64,000 bases of DNA. Source: Zootoca vivipara. Its lineage: Eukaryota. The first letter of the stretch is position 1, and every line of letters starts with the position of its first letter. The DNA lies in the NCBI RefSeq assembly GCF_963506605.1, contig NC_083276.1, forward strand, positions 82,336,001 through 82,400,000, in the 5' to 3' direction. A program made the position numbers and the translations under genes. This document shows positions 26,187 through 38,531 of the stretch, one piece after another. The notes under the pieces were generated by a model that did no database searches, was not told the origin of the DNA, and saw only the letters and a program-made list of their open reading frames with translations.

Positions 26187-26544
26187 AAGGGACGCGGGTG
26201 GCGCTGTGGGTTAAACCACAGAGCCTAGGCCTTGTCGATCAGAAGATCGGCAATTTGAATCCCCGTGATGGGGTGAGCTCCCGTTGCTCGGTCCCTGTTC
26301 CTGCCAACCTAGCAGTTCGAAAGCACGAAGTGCAAGTAGATAAATAGGTACCGCTCCGGCGGGAAGGTAAACGGTGTTTCTGTGCACTGCTCTGGTTTGC
26401 CAGAAGAGGCTTAGTCATGCTGGCCACATGACCCAGAAGCTGTCTGCGGACAAACACCAGCTCCTTCAGCCTATAGAGTGAGATGAGCACCGCAACCCCA
26501 GAGTCATCCACAACTGGACCTAATGATCAGGGGTCCCTTTACCT
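26187..26544 (+). mobile_element. Sauria-type SINE, full length
   Basis: gggacgcgggtggcgctgtgggttaaacc head, ACCTTT tail, TSD ttattataatgca. Confidence 0.9.
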
Positions 26545-26752
26545 TTATTATAATGCATAGCCTAAGTTGCAGTCTTAAGGAGCTCCCTATGCCAATGGAT
26601 GAAAAGTTAAGCTTACAAAACTAATTAATTACAGTAAACTTGTTTACGTGGCAGTTCATCATCAAGGATACTTTATTCTTCCATGTAGGACATAGATAGG
26701 AATTATATGTGGCACCAAAGCTGTCTTGTGCACCACATGCTACACCAATGAC

Positions 26753-27450
26753 CTAATTCATGCGACAGTCACCTCCAGGCTTGATTATTGTAACTCGCTC
26801 TAAGTGGGGCTGCCCTCAAAGCTGACCCAGAAACTCCAGCGGGTGCAGAATGCCGTGGCAAGGCTCCTTACGGGGTCCCGGCCGTGGGATCACATTCATC
26901 CAGTGCTTTACCAGCTGCACTGGCTCCTGGTGGAGTACAGGATCAGGTTTAAGGTGCTGGTTTTGACCTTTAAAGCCCTATGCGGCTTGGGACCCTCGTA
27001 CCTACGGGACCGCCTCTCCTGGTATGCCCCACGGAGGACCTTAAGGTCCACAAACAACAATATTCTGGAGATCCCGAGCCATAAGGTGGCTAGATTGGCC
27101 TCTACTAGGGCCAGGGCCTTTTCAGTATTGGCCCCAACTTGGCGGAACGCTCTTTCCCAGGAGACCAGGGCTCTGCGGGATTTGTCATCTTACCGCAGGG
27201 CCTGCAAGACAGAGCTGTTCCTCCTGGCCTTGGGGTTGGACTTAGTCTGACCCCTGTGTTTTTCCTCCCTCATAGCTTGGATTTATGGATTACTTAAAAT
27301 GAGGCTGCATTTTAAATTTAAATTTTAAATTTTCATACTGTATTTTAATCTGTATTTTAATCAATTGCTTTTTATGTTTTATTGTAATTTTATTGGTGTG
27401 AGCCGCCCTGAGCCCGGTTTTGGCTGGGGAGGGTGGGGTATAAATAAAAA

Positions 27451-27494
<44 letters not shown>
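26753..27494 (+). mobile_element. L2-type LINE 3' fragment
   Basis: ORF LQRVQNAVARLL...HPVLYQLHWL and (TTA)n tail; absent from duplicate copy 2. Confidence 0.88.
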
Positions 27495-27495
<1 letters not shown>

Positions 27496-28068
27496 CCTGT
27501 GTGCAATGCAGGGCTGTCATGTGAACTAATGAGTTAAGTTCTGGATAGTTTCAAGGAGATTTTCCCCTAAGACAAAAATCCTCCTGTGCTTCCATCTCCC
27601 AACCTACCACAGAAAAACAAAGCCCAAGTGCAGGAACAACTTGAAAAAGAAACAAACAAATTCAGAATCATTGTGCCCTTGGGCTGAGGCCACGGTATAG
27701 GCACTCCTGGGGAGAGAAACAAGTCTTTCCAGTGACTCGTAGTTTCATACATGCAATTAAGCAATGTTGAGAGTTTGCAGAGGAGCCATTTTCATGCCTC
27801 TTAACCATTAAAATTTAAAATTCTGATCTTATTTCCTTCCTTAGAAATAACTTATTCCAAATGTTTTATATGTATAGGATGATATATCGGTTGATGATGA
27901 TATTTGTGCATTTGGATATGAATGGTGAGAAACCTCAAGTGTACCAATTAAAAACATGTAGCATAAAATAGCAGTGAAGATATTTAAAGAGATGGAAATA
28001 GAATGCAAATCAGAAACATTCTAAATTGATGAAGAGGTGTTTTTTTCTGCGAAAGGTTTAATGTATAT

Positions 28069-28114
28069 AAAGGTAAAGGTAAAGGGATCCCTGGCCATTA
28101 GGTCCAGTCGTGAC
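28069..28114 (-). mobile_element. Sauria SINE 3' fragment
   Basis: aaggtaaaggtaaagggatccctggccattaggtccagtcgtgac matches the start of 43884. Confidence 0.75.
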
Positions 28115-28131
28115 CTAATGGTCTACCATAT

Positions 28132-31100
28132 ATTATTATTTTTTAAAGACAATTTATTAAATTTTCCAAATAAACACATTAAACAAAAACAAAACATTCG
28201 ACAACAAACACAACAACACATAATAAACACGAAATTTCCTCTTCTTAACATCTATTCAATTATTACAATTTACTTTGCTCTGCCGAGCTTTGACTTCCCT
28301 CCTTCCCCCCATTCGGTTTTCTTGTCCACTTCTATCTCACAGTTCCTTTATTCCATCTACTTAAAGTCAATTCGTAGGATTTATTTCAGTCCTGCAAGTG
28401 TCTTTAAACTTCTTCCGTTCTTCTCCATATAGCCCACAAATTTACTCCAATCCTTTTGGAACCTTGACTCTCCCTGGTATCGGATCCTGCTAGTCAGTCT
28501 TGCTAGTTCCGCATAGTCCATCATTTTTGTCTGCCACTCTTCAATCGTCGGTAACTCTTGAGTTTTCCATTTTTGGTCTAATAAAGTCCTAGCCGCGGTT
28601 GTCGCATACATAAATAATACATGATCCCCTTTTACAATCACCTCTCCTATAAGTCCTAAAAGAAAGGCCTCTTGTCTTTTGGGAAAAATATATTTAAATA
28701 TCTTTTTCAATTCATTATATATCATTTCCCAAAAATTTTAAATTTTCTCGCATGTCCACCACATATGATAAAATTCGCCATCCTTATCTATACATTTCCA
28801 GCATGATTTGCTACTCATTCTATACATCTTAGCTAGTTTTACTGGTGTTAAATACCATCTATACATCATCTTCAAGACATTCTCTTTCAGGGTAGTACAT
28901 GTGGTAAACTTCAATGTTTGATTCCACAATTTCAACCACGCGTCATATTCAATATTATGCCCAAAGTCTTTTGCCCATTTTATCATCACATCTTTTGTCA
29001 ATTCATCTTTCATATACCATTCTAGCAACATATCATACATTTTTGACAATAATTTCACTTTGCCTTCCAACAGTTCTATTTGAAATTTGGACCTTTTATC
29101 CTCAAAACCTTTTTTTAAATCATTTATAAAAATATCATTAACTTGGTGGTATTGCAATCATGCAGTCAAAACCTCTTTGATTTCCTCATAAGGTTTCAAC
29201 TTCCATCCCTTTTCTGTTTTCATAAAAATCTCCTCGTAGGTGGCCCTCCTCCCCTCCATATTTATTTTTTTTACCGCCAGGACCTCCACTGGTGAAATCC
29301 ACCATGGAGTTTTTATTTCTAACAGCGATTTATTTCTCTCCCACACCTCATATAAAGACCTTCTTATCACATGATTTGTAAAACCTTTATGAACTCTTTT
29401 TTTATCATACCACAGATATGTGTGCCACCCAAATCTGTTGTTGTAGCCTTCTAAGTCTAATAAGTCTGTATTTCCCAATGTTATCCATTCTCTTAACCAA
29501 CAGAGACAGGATGCTTCATAATATAATCTCAAGTCCGGCATGGAGAATCCACCTCTTTCTTTCCTAGCCATCAAAATTTTATATTTTATTCTTGGTTTCT
29601 TCCCCTGCCAAACGAATCTCAGCAAGATTTTTTGCCACTCTCTGAACTGTCCTGTTCCCTTGATTATAGGTATCGTTTGAAATAGAAATAACATCTTGGG
29701 TAATACATTCATCTTGACTGCTGCTATTCTTCCAAGGAACGACAACTTCATTCTATTCCATATTTCTAGATCTTTCTTTATCTCTTTCCACACCGTTTCA
29801 TAATTGTCATTAAATAGATTAATATTTTTTGCTGTCAGCCATATTCCCAGATATTGAACTTTTTTCGCCACTATGATTTCATATTTCTGTTGTAATTTCT
29901 CCTTTTCCTCCGCCTTCATATTCTTAACCACCATTTTCGTTTTCTGTTTATTTAACTTAAATCCTGCCAACTGTCCAAATTTCTCCATTTCCTCTATAGC
30001 TTCTGCAACACTTTCATTGGGATTTTCCAAAGTTAAGACCTTCAATTTAAACTCTTTTGCAAAGGCCTTCAATTTAAACTCTTTTGCACCTACTTTAACT
30101 CCTTTAATCGTTGAGACTTCTCTTAATCTGTTCAATAATACCTCCAGGACTGTGATGAACAATAATGGTGATAATGGGCATCCTTGTCTTGTACCTTTTG
30201 TGATTTCAAAATATTCTGTTAAAACATTATTTATTATCAATTTCGCTCTTTGCTCAGAATATATCGCTTCAATTCCATTCAGGAAGGATCCTCCCACTCC
30301 CATCGATTCCAGGTTCTTCTTCATAAACTGCCAAGAAATATTATGAAAAGCTTTTTCTGCATCTATAAACATTAATACTGCAGGTTTATCTATCCTGGTC
30401 TCCAGATATTCTATTACATCTATAATATGTCTGACATTATCTTTTAGCTGTCGACCAGGGAGAAATCCTGCTTGGTCCTTATGTATTATCTCATTTAAAA
30501 TCTCTTTCAATCTCCTTGCCATTATATCTGCAAAAAGCTTGTAATCATTGTTCAATAATGAAATTGGTCTATAATTTTTCACATCTAGTCCATCTGAGCC
30601 TGGTTTCGGAATCAATGTTATATATGCTTATTTCCACGTATTTGGGATCCTTCCTCCTACAAGGATATTATTCATCACTTCTGCTAAAACTGGTAACAAT
30701 TGCCCATTTAACACTTTATAATATTTTGCTGAGAGTCCATCTGGTCCTGGGGCTTTACCTTCTTTCATTCTCTTTATTGCGTTCTGTATTTCCTGTATTG
30801 TTATTGAGGCATTTAATATTTTCCTTTCCTTTTCTGGAATTTGCTTCAATTTATATTTATCCAGATAATCTTTAATTTTCCCACCTTCTTCCTTTGCTTT
30901 GCTATATAAACTTCTGTAAAATTTTTGAAAAGCTTTCCTTATTTCCTTTGGGTCTTCCGTCACTCCATCTTCTGTTTTAATTTTATTAATTGTATTTTGA
31001 TTTTGACGTTTCCTCAATTGCCAAGCTAAAAGTTTTCCTGTTTTATTTGCTGATTCAAATTTTTTTTTGTCTCATTTGTTTTATTTTCCATTCTATCTCC

Positions 31101-31725
31101 TGATTTACTAACATGGAGAACTGCATCTGCAACATCTTTATATTATTTTTGATTTGCAAATCCTCTGGTTTTGCAATCAAATTCTTCTCGTTCTCCATGA
31201 GATGTTTCAGGATTTCCTCCTTTTTCTTCTCTTTCTTTCTCTTCAGGAAACTATTCTTCTGTATTAGAAAGCCCCTCATCACTGCTTTACTCGCATCCCA
31301 CACCATGTCCAGTCCGGTATCTTTATGTAAATTCCAGTAAAAATAGTCCTTCAAAATTTCTTTAGCTTTGTCCACAACTTCCTTATCCTCAAACAAATCT
31401 TCATTCATTCTCCATCTGAAAGAATTTTGGTCCTTCCCTCTCATTTCCAAGGATATTGAATTATGATCAGATAATGTTTGTGGCGTAATCTCGCTCCGTG
31501 CTACCCTGGGCACTAGTTCTTTAGAGATCCATATATAGTCAATTCTTCCCGGACTCTGATTTGGTTCTGAGAAAAACGTAAATTGTTTAGTCGTCGGGTG
31601 TTTTAACCTCCAAATGTCCACTAGGCCCAGGTTTTCTACTAAGTCAAAAAAGGACTTAGGTAACTTTCCTTCATTTTTTGTCCTGTCCAATTCTGGTACC
31701 GCCACTCCATTAAAATCTCCCATCA
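28132..31725 (-). mobile_element. L1 LINE, 5'-truncated within the endonuclease domain; ORF2 broken
   Basis: Successive ORFs give APE (GDFN, RIDYIW, SDHN), RT (PGPDG, YRPISLLN, DAEKAF, GTRQGCPLSPLLF, YLGI) and C-terminal CWKC..HMWWTC; 10-bp TSD tctaccatat at 28122 and 31726. Confidence 0.93.
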
Positions 31726-31997
31726 TCTACCATATTTTTTTAATGTGGAACAATGGCTCCTAAATAAATACTGTTCCCATTCTAAGTTTGATTCATATTT
31801 CTGGTTTTATTTTGCAATGTTCTCAAATGAATACATACATACATCGATATATCTAGCTGTCCTTGGAAAATATGTTATAGATCTCAATATTTGTTGCATG
31901 CATGCATCTTTTAGACCCTCTTCCAGAAAGGGATTACCCCATTTCTTACAAAGAACACTTTTGATGAACATATGACCATAAGGAATAACTTTGTCCA

Positions 31998-33358
31998 TAC
32001 AAGAGGCTCCTAGAACCAAAGACACCAAATTGGGTATCCCCACTAGAAGCGCTAGCGGTAAAAAGGAGAAACATGAAAAGGGGCTGGGCAACGTACAATA
32101 CTCTATTGACAGAACATGAGGGCCAAAAGAAAATTAAAAAATATGAGGAAGTGAAAACTCACTTCACAACTTGGATTGAATATCACCAAACATACGAGTT
32201 GTATAAAAAAGACAAAGAAATAGGATTTCAAAAAAACCCATCAAGATTGGAGAGCGATTTGATAAATAACAAGACAAAAACAATATCCAGAATGTATAGG
32301 CTTCTGTTAGAATGGGGAGTAATGGACGAGGCAACCAAAGTGAATATGATAAAATGGGCCCAAGACTTTGGCCGGCCTATAATGATGGAGGAATGGGAAC
32401 ACCTTTGGAAAGTAGAAATAAATTTTACCGCTAGTAATGCTATTAGAGAAAATATGTTAAAGATGCAACACCGTTGGTACCTTACACCCTCCAGACTCTC
32501 AAAAATTTATAAAAACTTATCAAGTCTGTGCTGGAGGTGTGAGGGGAGTAGGGGCACTCTGTACCACATGTGGTGGACTTGTGAGAAAATAAAAAAGTTC
32601 TGGGGGCTGATATATGAAGAAATAAAAAAAATGCTTGGAATATCATTTCAAAAAAGACCGGAGACACTATTATTAAGTATAATAGGGAAAGACATACCGA
32701 ACCCAATGAAGGAATTATTCTTATACGCAACAGCGGCGGCCAGGATTCTGGTCGCCAAGAGTTGGAAAGAAATAGAGGTCCCCACAGTATGTGATTGGCA
32801 GGGCAAGTTACAAGAATTAGCGGAAATGGCCATTCTGACTAATAATATTCGAGGTAAATCAAAACAAAATTTTGCTGTAAAGTGGGAAAAATATAAATTA
32901 TATGTGGAAAAATATTGTAAAGGAATATTACCTGTTTTATTGCCGGACTGAAATTTAAATGTGGCGGGATAGTAGACGTTTGGATAGTAAAATATTGGTG
33001 CGATAAGAAATATGAACGCATTTGATATTTGATATAGATAAGTGTATTGTGTTACGTACGTTCAAAATTAAGACGAATAAAATGCATCGGGGAAGGCGGG
33101 AAGTTTGAGGAAGGAAATAAAATTAAATACAAGAAGGAGTTAATAGGCCCACCCTCTTATCCCACTCCTTAATGGTGAGGGTGAGGACGGTGGACGGGTA
33201 GGGTTCTGGGAGGGAAAGGGAGGGGCATGATTCGTTATTATTCATTTATTGACTTGTTGGCAAAGATGGTTTTACATTAAGGTTGTATTTGTATTTTTAT
33301 TGAGAATCTACATGCACATATTGAAACGTTTTGTAATAAAGAATTAATAATAATAAAA
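31998..33358 (+). mobile_element. L1 LINE 3' fragment, different subfamily
   Basis: Open 292-aa ORF2 C-terminus (CWRC..HMWWTC), 3' UTR and A-rich tail; 18-bp TSD aaggaataactttgtcca at 31980 and 33359. Confidence 0.92.
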
Positions 33359-33571
33359 AAGGAATAACTTTGTCCACGTTGCAACTGCAGCTGCTCACCA
33401 AAACAGCAAACAAGAAGGAATCCTAGAATTTAGCACTTTCCTAGTCTTGGGTCACTAGATGCTGTTCAACTACAACTCCCAGCATCCGTGACCCTTGGCC
33501 ATGCTAGCCACTGTTGTTCAGCAAAATCGGGGACCTAAGGTGGGAGGGCTACTCTACCCTCAATCCACATG

Positions 33572-34498
33572 CTATCTGAGGGACATCAGTCTTTTGAAGG
33601 CACCTTTCACTTCCTTGTTCCTCAGGCTGTAAATCAGGGGGTTCAGCATGGGGATCACTATTGTGTAGAATACAGAAGCAATTCTGTCTCTTTCGAAGGA
33701 ATGGCTAGCATTTGGCTGGCAATATATGAGGAGAATGGTACCATGGAATATAGTGATGGCTGTGAAGTGAGAGGCACAAGTGGAAAAGGCTTTGTATTTT
33801 CCTTCATTGGAGCGAATCCTGGATATAGATATAATAATGAAAATGTACGACAGGAGAATGATCACTATGGTGCTAGTCTCCACAAAGGTAGCAAAAATGA
33901 AAAGTAACATCTTATTGATGCTGTAGTCAGAGCAGGATAGGGCTAACACTGGGGAAATGTCACAATAGAAGTGATGGATGACATTTGGCCCACAGAAAAT
34001 TAGCCTAAAAGCAGAACAAGTGTGAACCAGGGCACAAACCATGCCACACATGTAAGAAACAGCTACCAGTTGGGCGCAGAGCTTTCTAGACATGACCACT
34101 GTGTACAGCAGGGGATTACAAATGGCCACATAGCGATCATATGCCATCACAGCCAAGAGGTAAGACTCAGCCACCACCAAATTGACAAAGAGGTACATCT
34201 GTACTGCACAAGCAGAGAAAGAAATTCCTTTGGCCTCAGAGATGATGTCAATGAGCAATTTGGGTGTGATGGATGAAGAATAACAAATGTCAATAAAGGA
34301 CAGGTGACTGAGGAAGAAGTACATAGGAGTGTGGAGTCGCACTTCAAGCCGGATTATGAGGATGATGCCAAAATTCCCCATCAAGGTGACAACATAGATT
34401 GCGAGAAACACCAAAAAGAGGAGGATCTGCAGCTCTGGGTGGTCTGTGAAGCCCAGGAGGATGAACTCTGATACCAAAGTGTAATTTCCTCTCTCCAT
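33572..34498 (-). CDS. Olfactory receptor, class II (OR-E), intact
   Basis: MERGNYT start, [44 protein letters not shown]; minus-strand acceptor-like ccttccccaattcttag near 34522. Confidence 0.96.
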   Translation of the reverse strand: MERGNYTLVSEFILLGFTDHPELQILLFLVFLAIYVVTLMGNFGIILIIRLEVRLHTPMYFFLSHLSFIDICYSSSITPKLLIDIISEAKGISFSACAVQMYLFVNLVVAESYLLAVMAYDRYVAICNPLLYTVVMSRKLCAQLVAVSYMCGMVCALVHTCSAFRLIFCGPNVIHHFYCDISPVLALSCSDYSINKMLLFIFATFVETSTIVIILLSYIFIIISISRIRSNEGKYKAFSTCASHFTAITIFHGTILLIYCQPNASHSFERDRIASVFYTIVIPMLNPLIYSLRNKEVKGAFKRLMSLR

Positions 34499-36051
34499 TC
34501 CTTTGAGATCGTGCTTTATCGCTAAGAATTGGGGAAGGTGGTGGCGGATACAAAATTGTTGACTCAAAAATCAGCTTTGAACAAGATTATCTGTTGACAT
34601 ATTATTTTGTCAATGAAGAGTGCCACAATAAAGGCTTCATATTGACACCTCTGTGCATGGTCTGGATAGAGTCTTTTGGGCTGGATAGAGAGATCTGGAT
34701 GACTTAAATGATCCTGTAATTGGTTTGAAAGGGAACCAGATTAATCAAAGGTTGATCACTATGAAATATTCTGTATTCATACTGGATATGTTTTTCTTGT
34801 TTTCTCATTTCTTATTTGCTGTCCTGTGTTCCTGTGTGAGGAAGGATGGCATATAAATTTAATTAACAAAGAAATAAAATGCAAGAAGCATATTAAATTC
34901 AAAGTCCACTCACTACATTTTTTATTTATTTTTATTTCAAAGGATGCTTTTGTTTCTCAGGTTTTTATCAAACCATTCTAGAAGAAATCTCAGCTAAAAA
35001 AATACTGTGTGCAAAAATCTTTATGAAACAGGTCAATTTAATATCAGTATTAAAAACTATTAGAATGTTGTCCTAGTTCAAAGGTGCATTTTTCACATAT
35101 CTTACTAGACAACCAAGGGATGGACCTATTGAAGTCTTTACTACATCTATTTACTGATCAAATTAGAAATGGGTACATGAAACTGCTTGCAGGAATCAGG
35201 ATACATAGCTAGTGTTATAATGACCACAGAATGTGAAAGGAGAAGGAAAATCTCCCTGCAGTTGTCTAAATCTGGGGTAAAGTTTATGGGAAAGCTATGT
35301 AGCTATTCTAAGAGTTAATGCTGAAGGGAAGGTCTTTGCCTCTGAAGGATCTTGGGAGGAAAGAGAGGGTTCCAGCCCTTCTTACCTGTCTGATCCTTAT
35401 CATGGGAAGCCGTGAAGGAGGAGAGAAGATGCTCTGCCTTGAATTCAAAAGCAAATGCTACTTGAGTTTGCAGGAGCTGTTTTTCATTCACTTTTATGAC
35501 CTTTGGGGTTTAATCTCTGGAGCAACTTGATAATTCCCCATCTTGGGGAAAAGAAACATTATGACAAAACTTTAGTTGCAATGCTTTTTTGCTTTTTTTT
35601 AAAAAAAGGTGCTGATACTCACCATGAAGTTGTTACAGTAAGTGCCATACTTTTTAACAACAACAAAAAGAGGTGCCAGTACTGCATCCCTTTGAGTACC
35701 CCCTGAAAAAAAAACCTGTATCGGTTGTATTTATCAGTGCTTTTTTTCTATAAAAAAAATGTTTAGGGGTACTCTCATTTTCCTACTCATATTGAAATAC
35801 TGCCCCTTAATGTAGCCAAACTTAGATTGACAAAATGTTTAGGAGTATGCGTACCCCCAGAAAAAAGCACTGATTATTATAATGCACAGTTATCTTTAAA
35901 GGATCAAATAACACTGCTACCATTCCTTGCTCCACCAGCCGCAGGCTACACTCTTTACTTCCAAACTTACCCCCTGACTTACAGGACCAGAGTGTTGGGC
36001 GATCTATTTTCTAATCAAACCTAGAGATCCTTTGAACATAAGTTCTCAGTA

Positions 36052-36287
36052 CAGTGATACCTCAGAAGTCGAACAGAATCCATTCCAGAAGACCGTTCGA
36101 CTTCCAAAACGTTCGGAAACCGATTGGCTGCATGAAACTCCTGCGGCCAATCAGAAGCTGCAGAAGCCCCATCGGACATTTGGGTTCCAAAGAATGTTCG
36201 CAGACTGGAACACTCACTTCCGGGTTTGCAGTGCTCAGGAGCCAAAACGTTCAACTCACAAGGCATCTGGGATCCAAGGTACGACTG
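36052..36287. mobile_element. Tc1/mariner-type MITE
   Basis: TA|CAGTGATACCT ... AGGTACGACTG|TA. Confidence 0.75.
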
Positions 36288-36299
36288 TAAAGTGAAGTA

Positions 36300-36540
36300 C
36301 AGCCATACCTTGTTTTGCAGCCCCAGTTGCTAACTGAAAAGGACGCAGGGAAAAGCACCGTGTCTGTGCATGCACGCGGAACAGTTTGCGCCTTTGTGCA
36401 TGCGCGACGAGTGATTTAGCACTTCTGCGCATGCACAAGCAGCAAACACGGAAGTAATCTGTTCCGGTACTTCTGGGTTTGCCGTGGACATTTGCTGGAA
36501 TGGACTCTAGACAAGGCAGACATTCGCGGAGGTATTACTG
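36300..36540. mobile_element. Tc1/mariner-type MITE
   Basis: TA|CAGCCATACCT ... AGGTATTACTG|TA. Confidence 0.6.
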
Positions 36541-38531
36541 TACAGCATAGGCAAGCTGCAGCTCATGTGCATAAATGTCAGAACTGAATTAAACTTTGGC
36601 TGCCTTCAGTGTGAGAGAGCGAAAGCTTGGAAATAACAGGCTGTGACTTGAGCCACGTTGTTGGGCTTGTATAGCTCTATTTAGGCATTCCGCTGCAACA
36701 CAGCTGTAATTGTGTGGAAAGCCAGAGTGGTGCTATACCTGGTTATCTGCCCCCAGCCCTATGAAGAGGCGGGCAGGGAGGGCAAAATCTCCACTCCTCT
36801 GTTAAACCATGCTGCAGCTGCCTTTAAATGGAGGGCAAAGTGCTTCACAGAGCACTTTAGCAAACAAATTAGGATGGCTTAAGGACTCCAATTGGTGTGA
36901 AAATGGTTTGAGAAACAAGGCATCAAATAGTAGTATTGTATAAGAAAGTACTAGATACATGTGTATTTTGAGTTATGTCGTGTGAACATGTCCAGCACTG
37001 GAAATGCAGTTGAGTACACAGTAAATGGGAGTCTGAACACAGCCTAAGTTGCAGTCTTAAGGAGCTCCTTATACCAATGGATGAAAAGTTAAGCTCATAA
37101 AAATAATTAATTAAACTTGTTTATGTGGCAGCTCATCCTCAAGGATACCTTATTCTTCCATGTAGGACATAGATAGGAATAATATGTGGCACCACAGCAG
37201 TCTTGTGAATGACATGCTACACCAATGACCTAATACCAGGACCTGAGTGCAAAGATGCAGGACTGTCATATGAACTAATGAATTAAGTTCTGGATAGTTT
37301 CAAGGAGATTTTCCCCTAAGACAAAAATCCTCCTGTGCTTCCATCTCCCAATCTAACACAGAAAAACAAAGCCCAAGTGCAGAAACAACTTGAAAAAGAA
37401 ACAAACAAATTCAGAATCATTGTGCCCTTGGGCTGAGGCCACGGTATAGGCACTCCTGGGGAGAGAAACAAGTCTTTCCAGTGACTCGTAGTTTCATACA
37501 TGTAATGAAACAACGTTGAGAGCTTGCAGAGGAGCCATTTTGATGCCTCTTAACCGTTAAAAGTTAAAATTCTGATCTTATTTCCTTCCTTAGAAATAAC
37601 TTATTCCAAATGTTTTATATGTATATGATGATATATTGGTTGATGGTGATATTTGTGCATTTGGATATGAATGGTGAGAAGGCTCAAGTGTAGCAATTAA
37701 AAACATGTAGCATAAAATAGCAGTGAAGATATTTAAAGAGATGGAAATAGAATGCAAATCAGAAACATTCTAAATTGATGTGGTTTTTTTCTGCCAAAAG
37801 TTTAATGTATATATTAACCAGTAAATATATGTTTTAATACTCAAACTAAGGGGTGTCAAAGACATGGCTAAAGGTTTTGCCAGGAGATGTAGAGAAAAGG
37901 TAGGATTTGAAATATTGAAAAGAATGGCAGGATTTGGAAATGGCTTAGATATAGGAGAAGGAAGAAGATGAGTTGGAGATGATTACAAGCTTGGACACAA
38001 AGGAGTTGACCAATATCCTTGTAGACTTTTACAGCATTAGCAGCCAACTAAAATAAAATATATTTTTTTCTTTCAGCTCCAATGCCATCAAGTGTCAGAG
38101 ACAGACAAAGACTGGCATCCGAGAGCAGCATTGAAGGAATGTCTGAGGGAAATGGCTCCTCGGGAACAGACTTCATCCTTTTAGGATTTACAGATCAGCA
38201 TGAGCTCCAGGTTTTGTGCTTTGTGCTCTTCTTTGCCATTTATATTTTCACTGTGGCTGGGAATCTTGGCATGATTGTGTTAATCAGGATGGACCACCGG
38301 CTCCACACACCCATGTACTTTTTCCTTAGCCATCTTTCCTTCTTAGATGTGTGCTATTCTACTACAATTGTCCCCAAGACCTTGATGAATTCTTTAGCAG
38401 ACAGCAAATCCATTTCTTTCTCCAGATGCACCATTCAGCTCTTCTTCTTTGCAGCTTGTGCTACCACTGAGTGCTACCTGCTGGCTGCCATGGCCTATGA
38501 CCGTTACGTTGCCGTTTGTAACCCTCTGCTA

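Larger units (their letters stand above)
25587..28068 (+). repeat. Segmental duplicate (copy 1) of 35297-37810
   Basis: Colinear high identity outside copy-specific insertions; matching short ORFs 25596/35318 and 27567/37316. Confidence 0.92.
35297..37810 (+). repeat. Segmental duplicate (copy 2), between divergent OR-E and OR-F
   Basis: See 25587-28068. Confidence 0.92.

Noticed and set aside
33569-34553. Antisense and alternative-frame ORFs overlapping ORs
   Set aside because: Shadow frames of OR codon usage, with no independent support.
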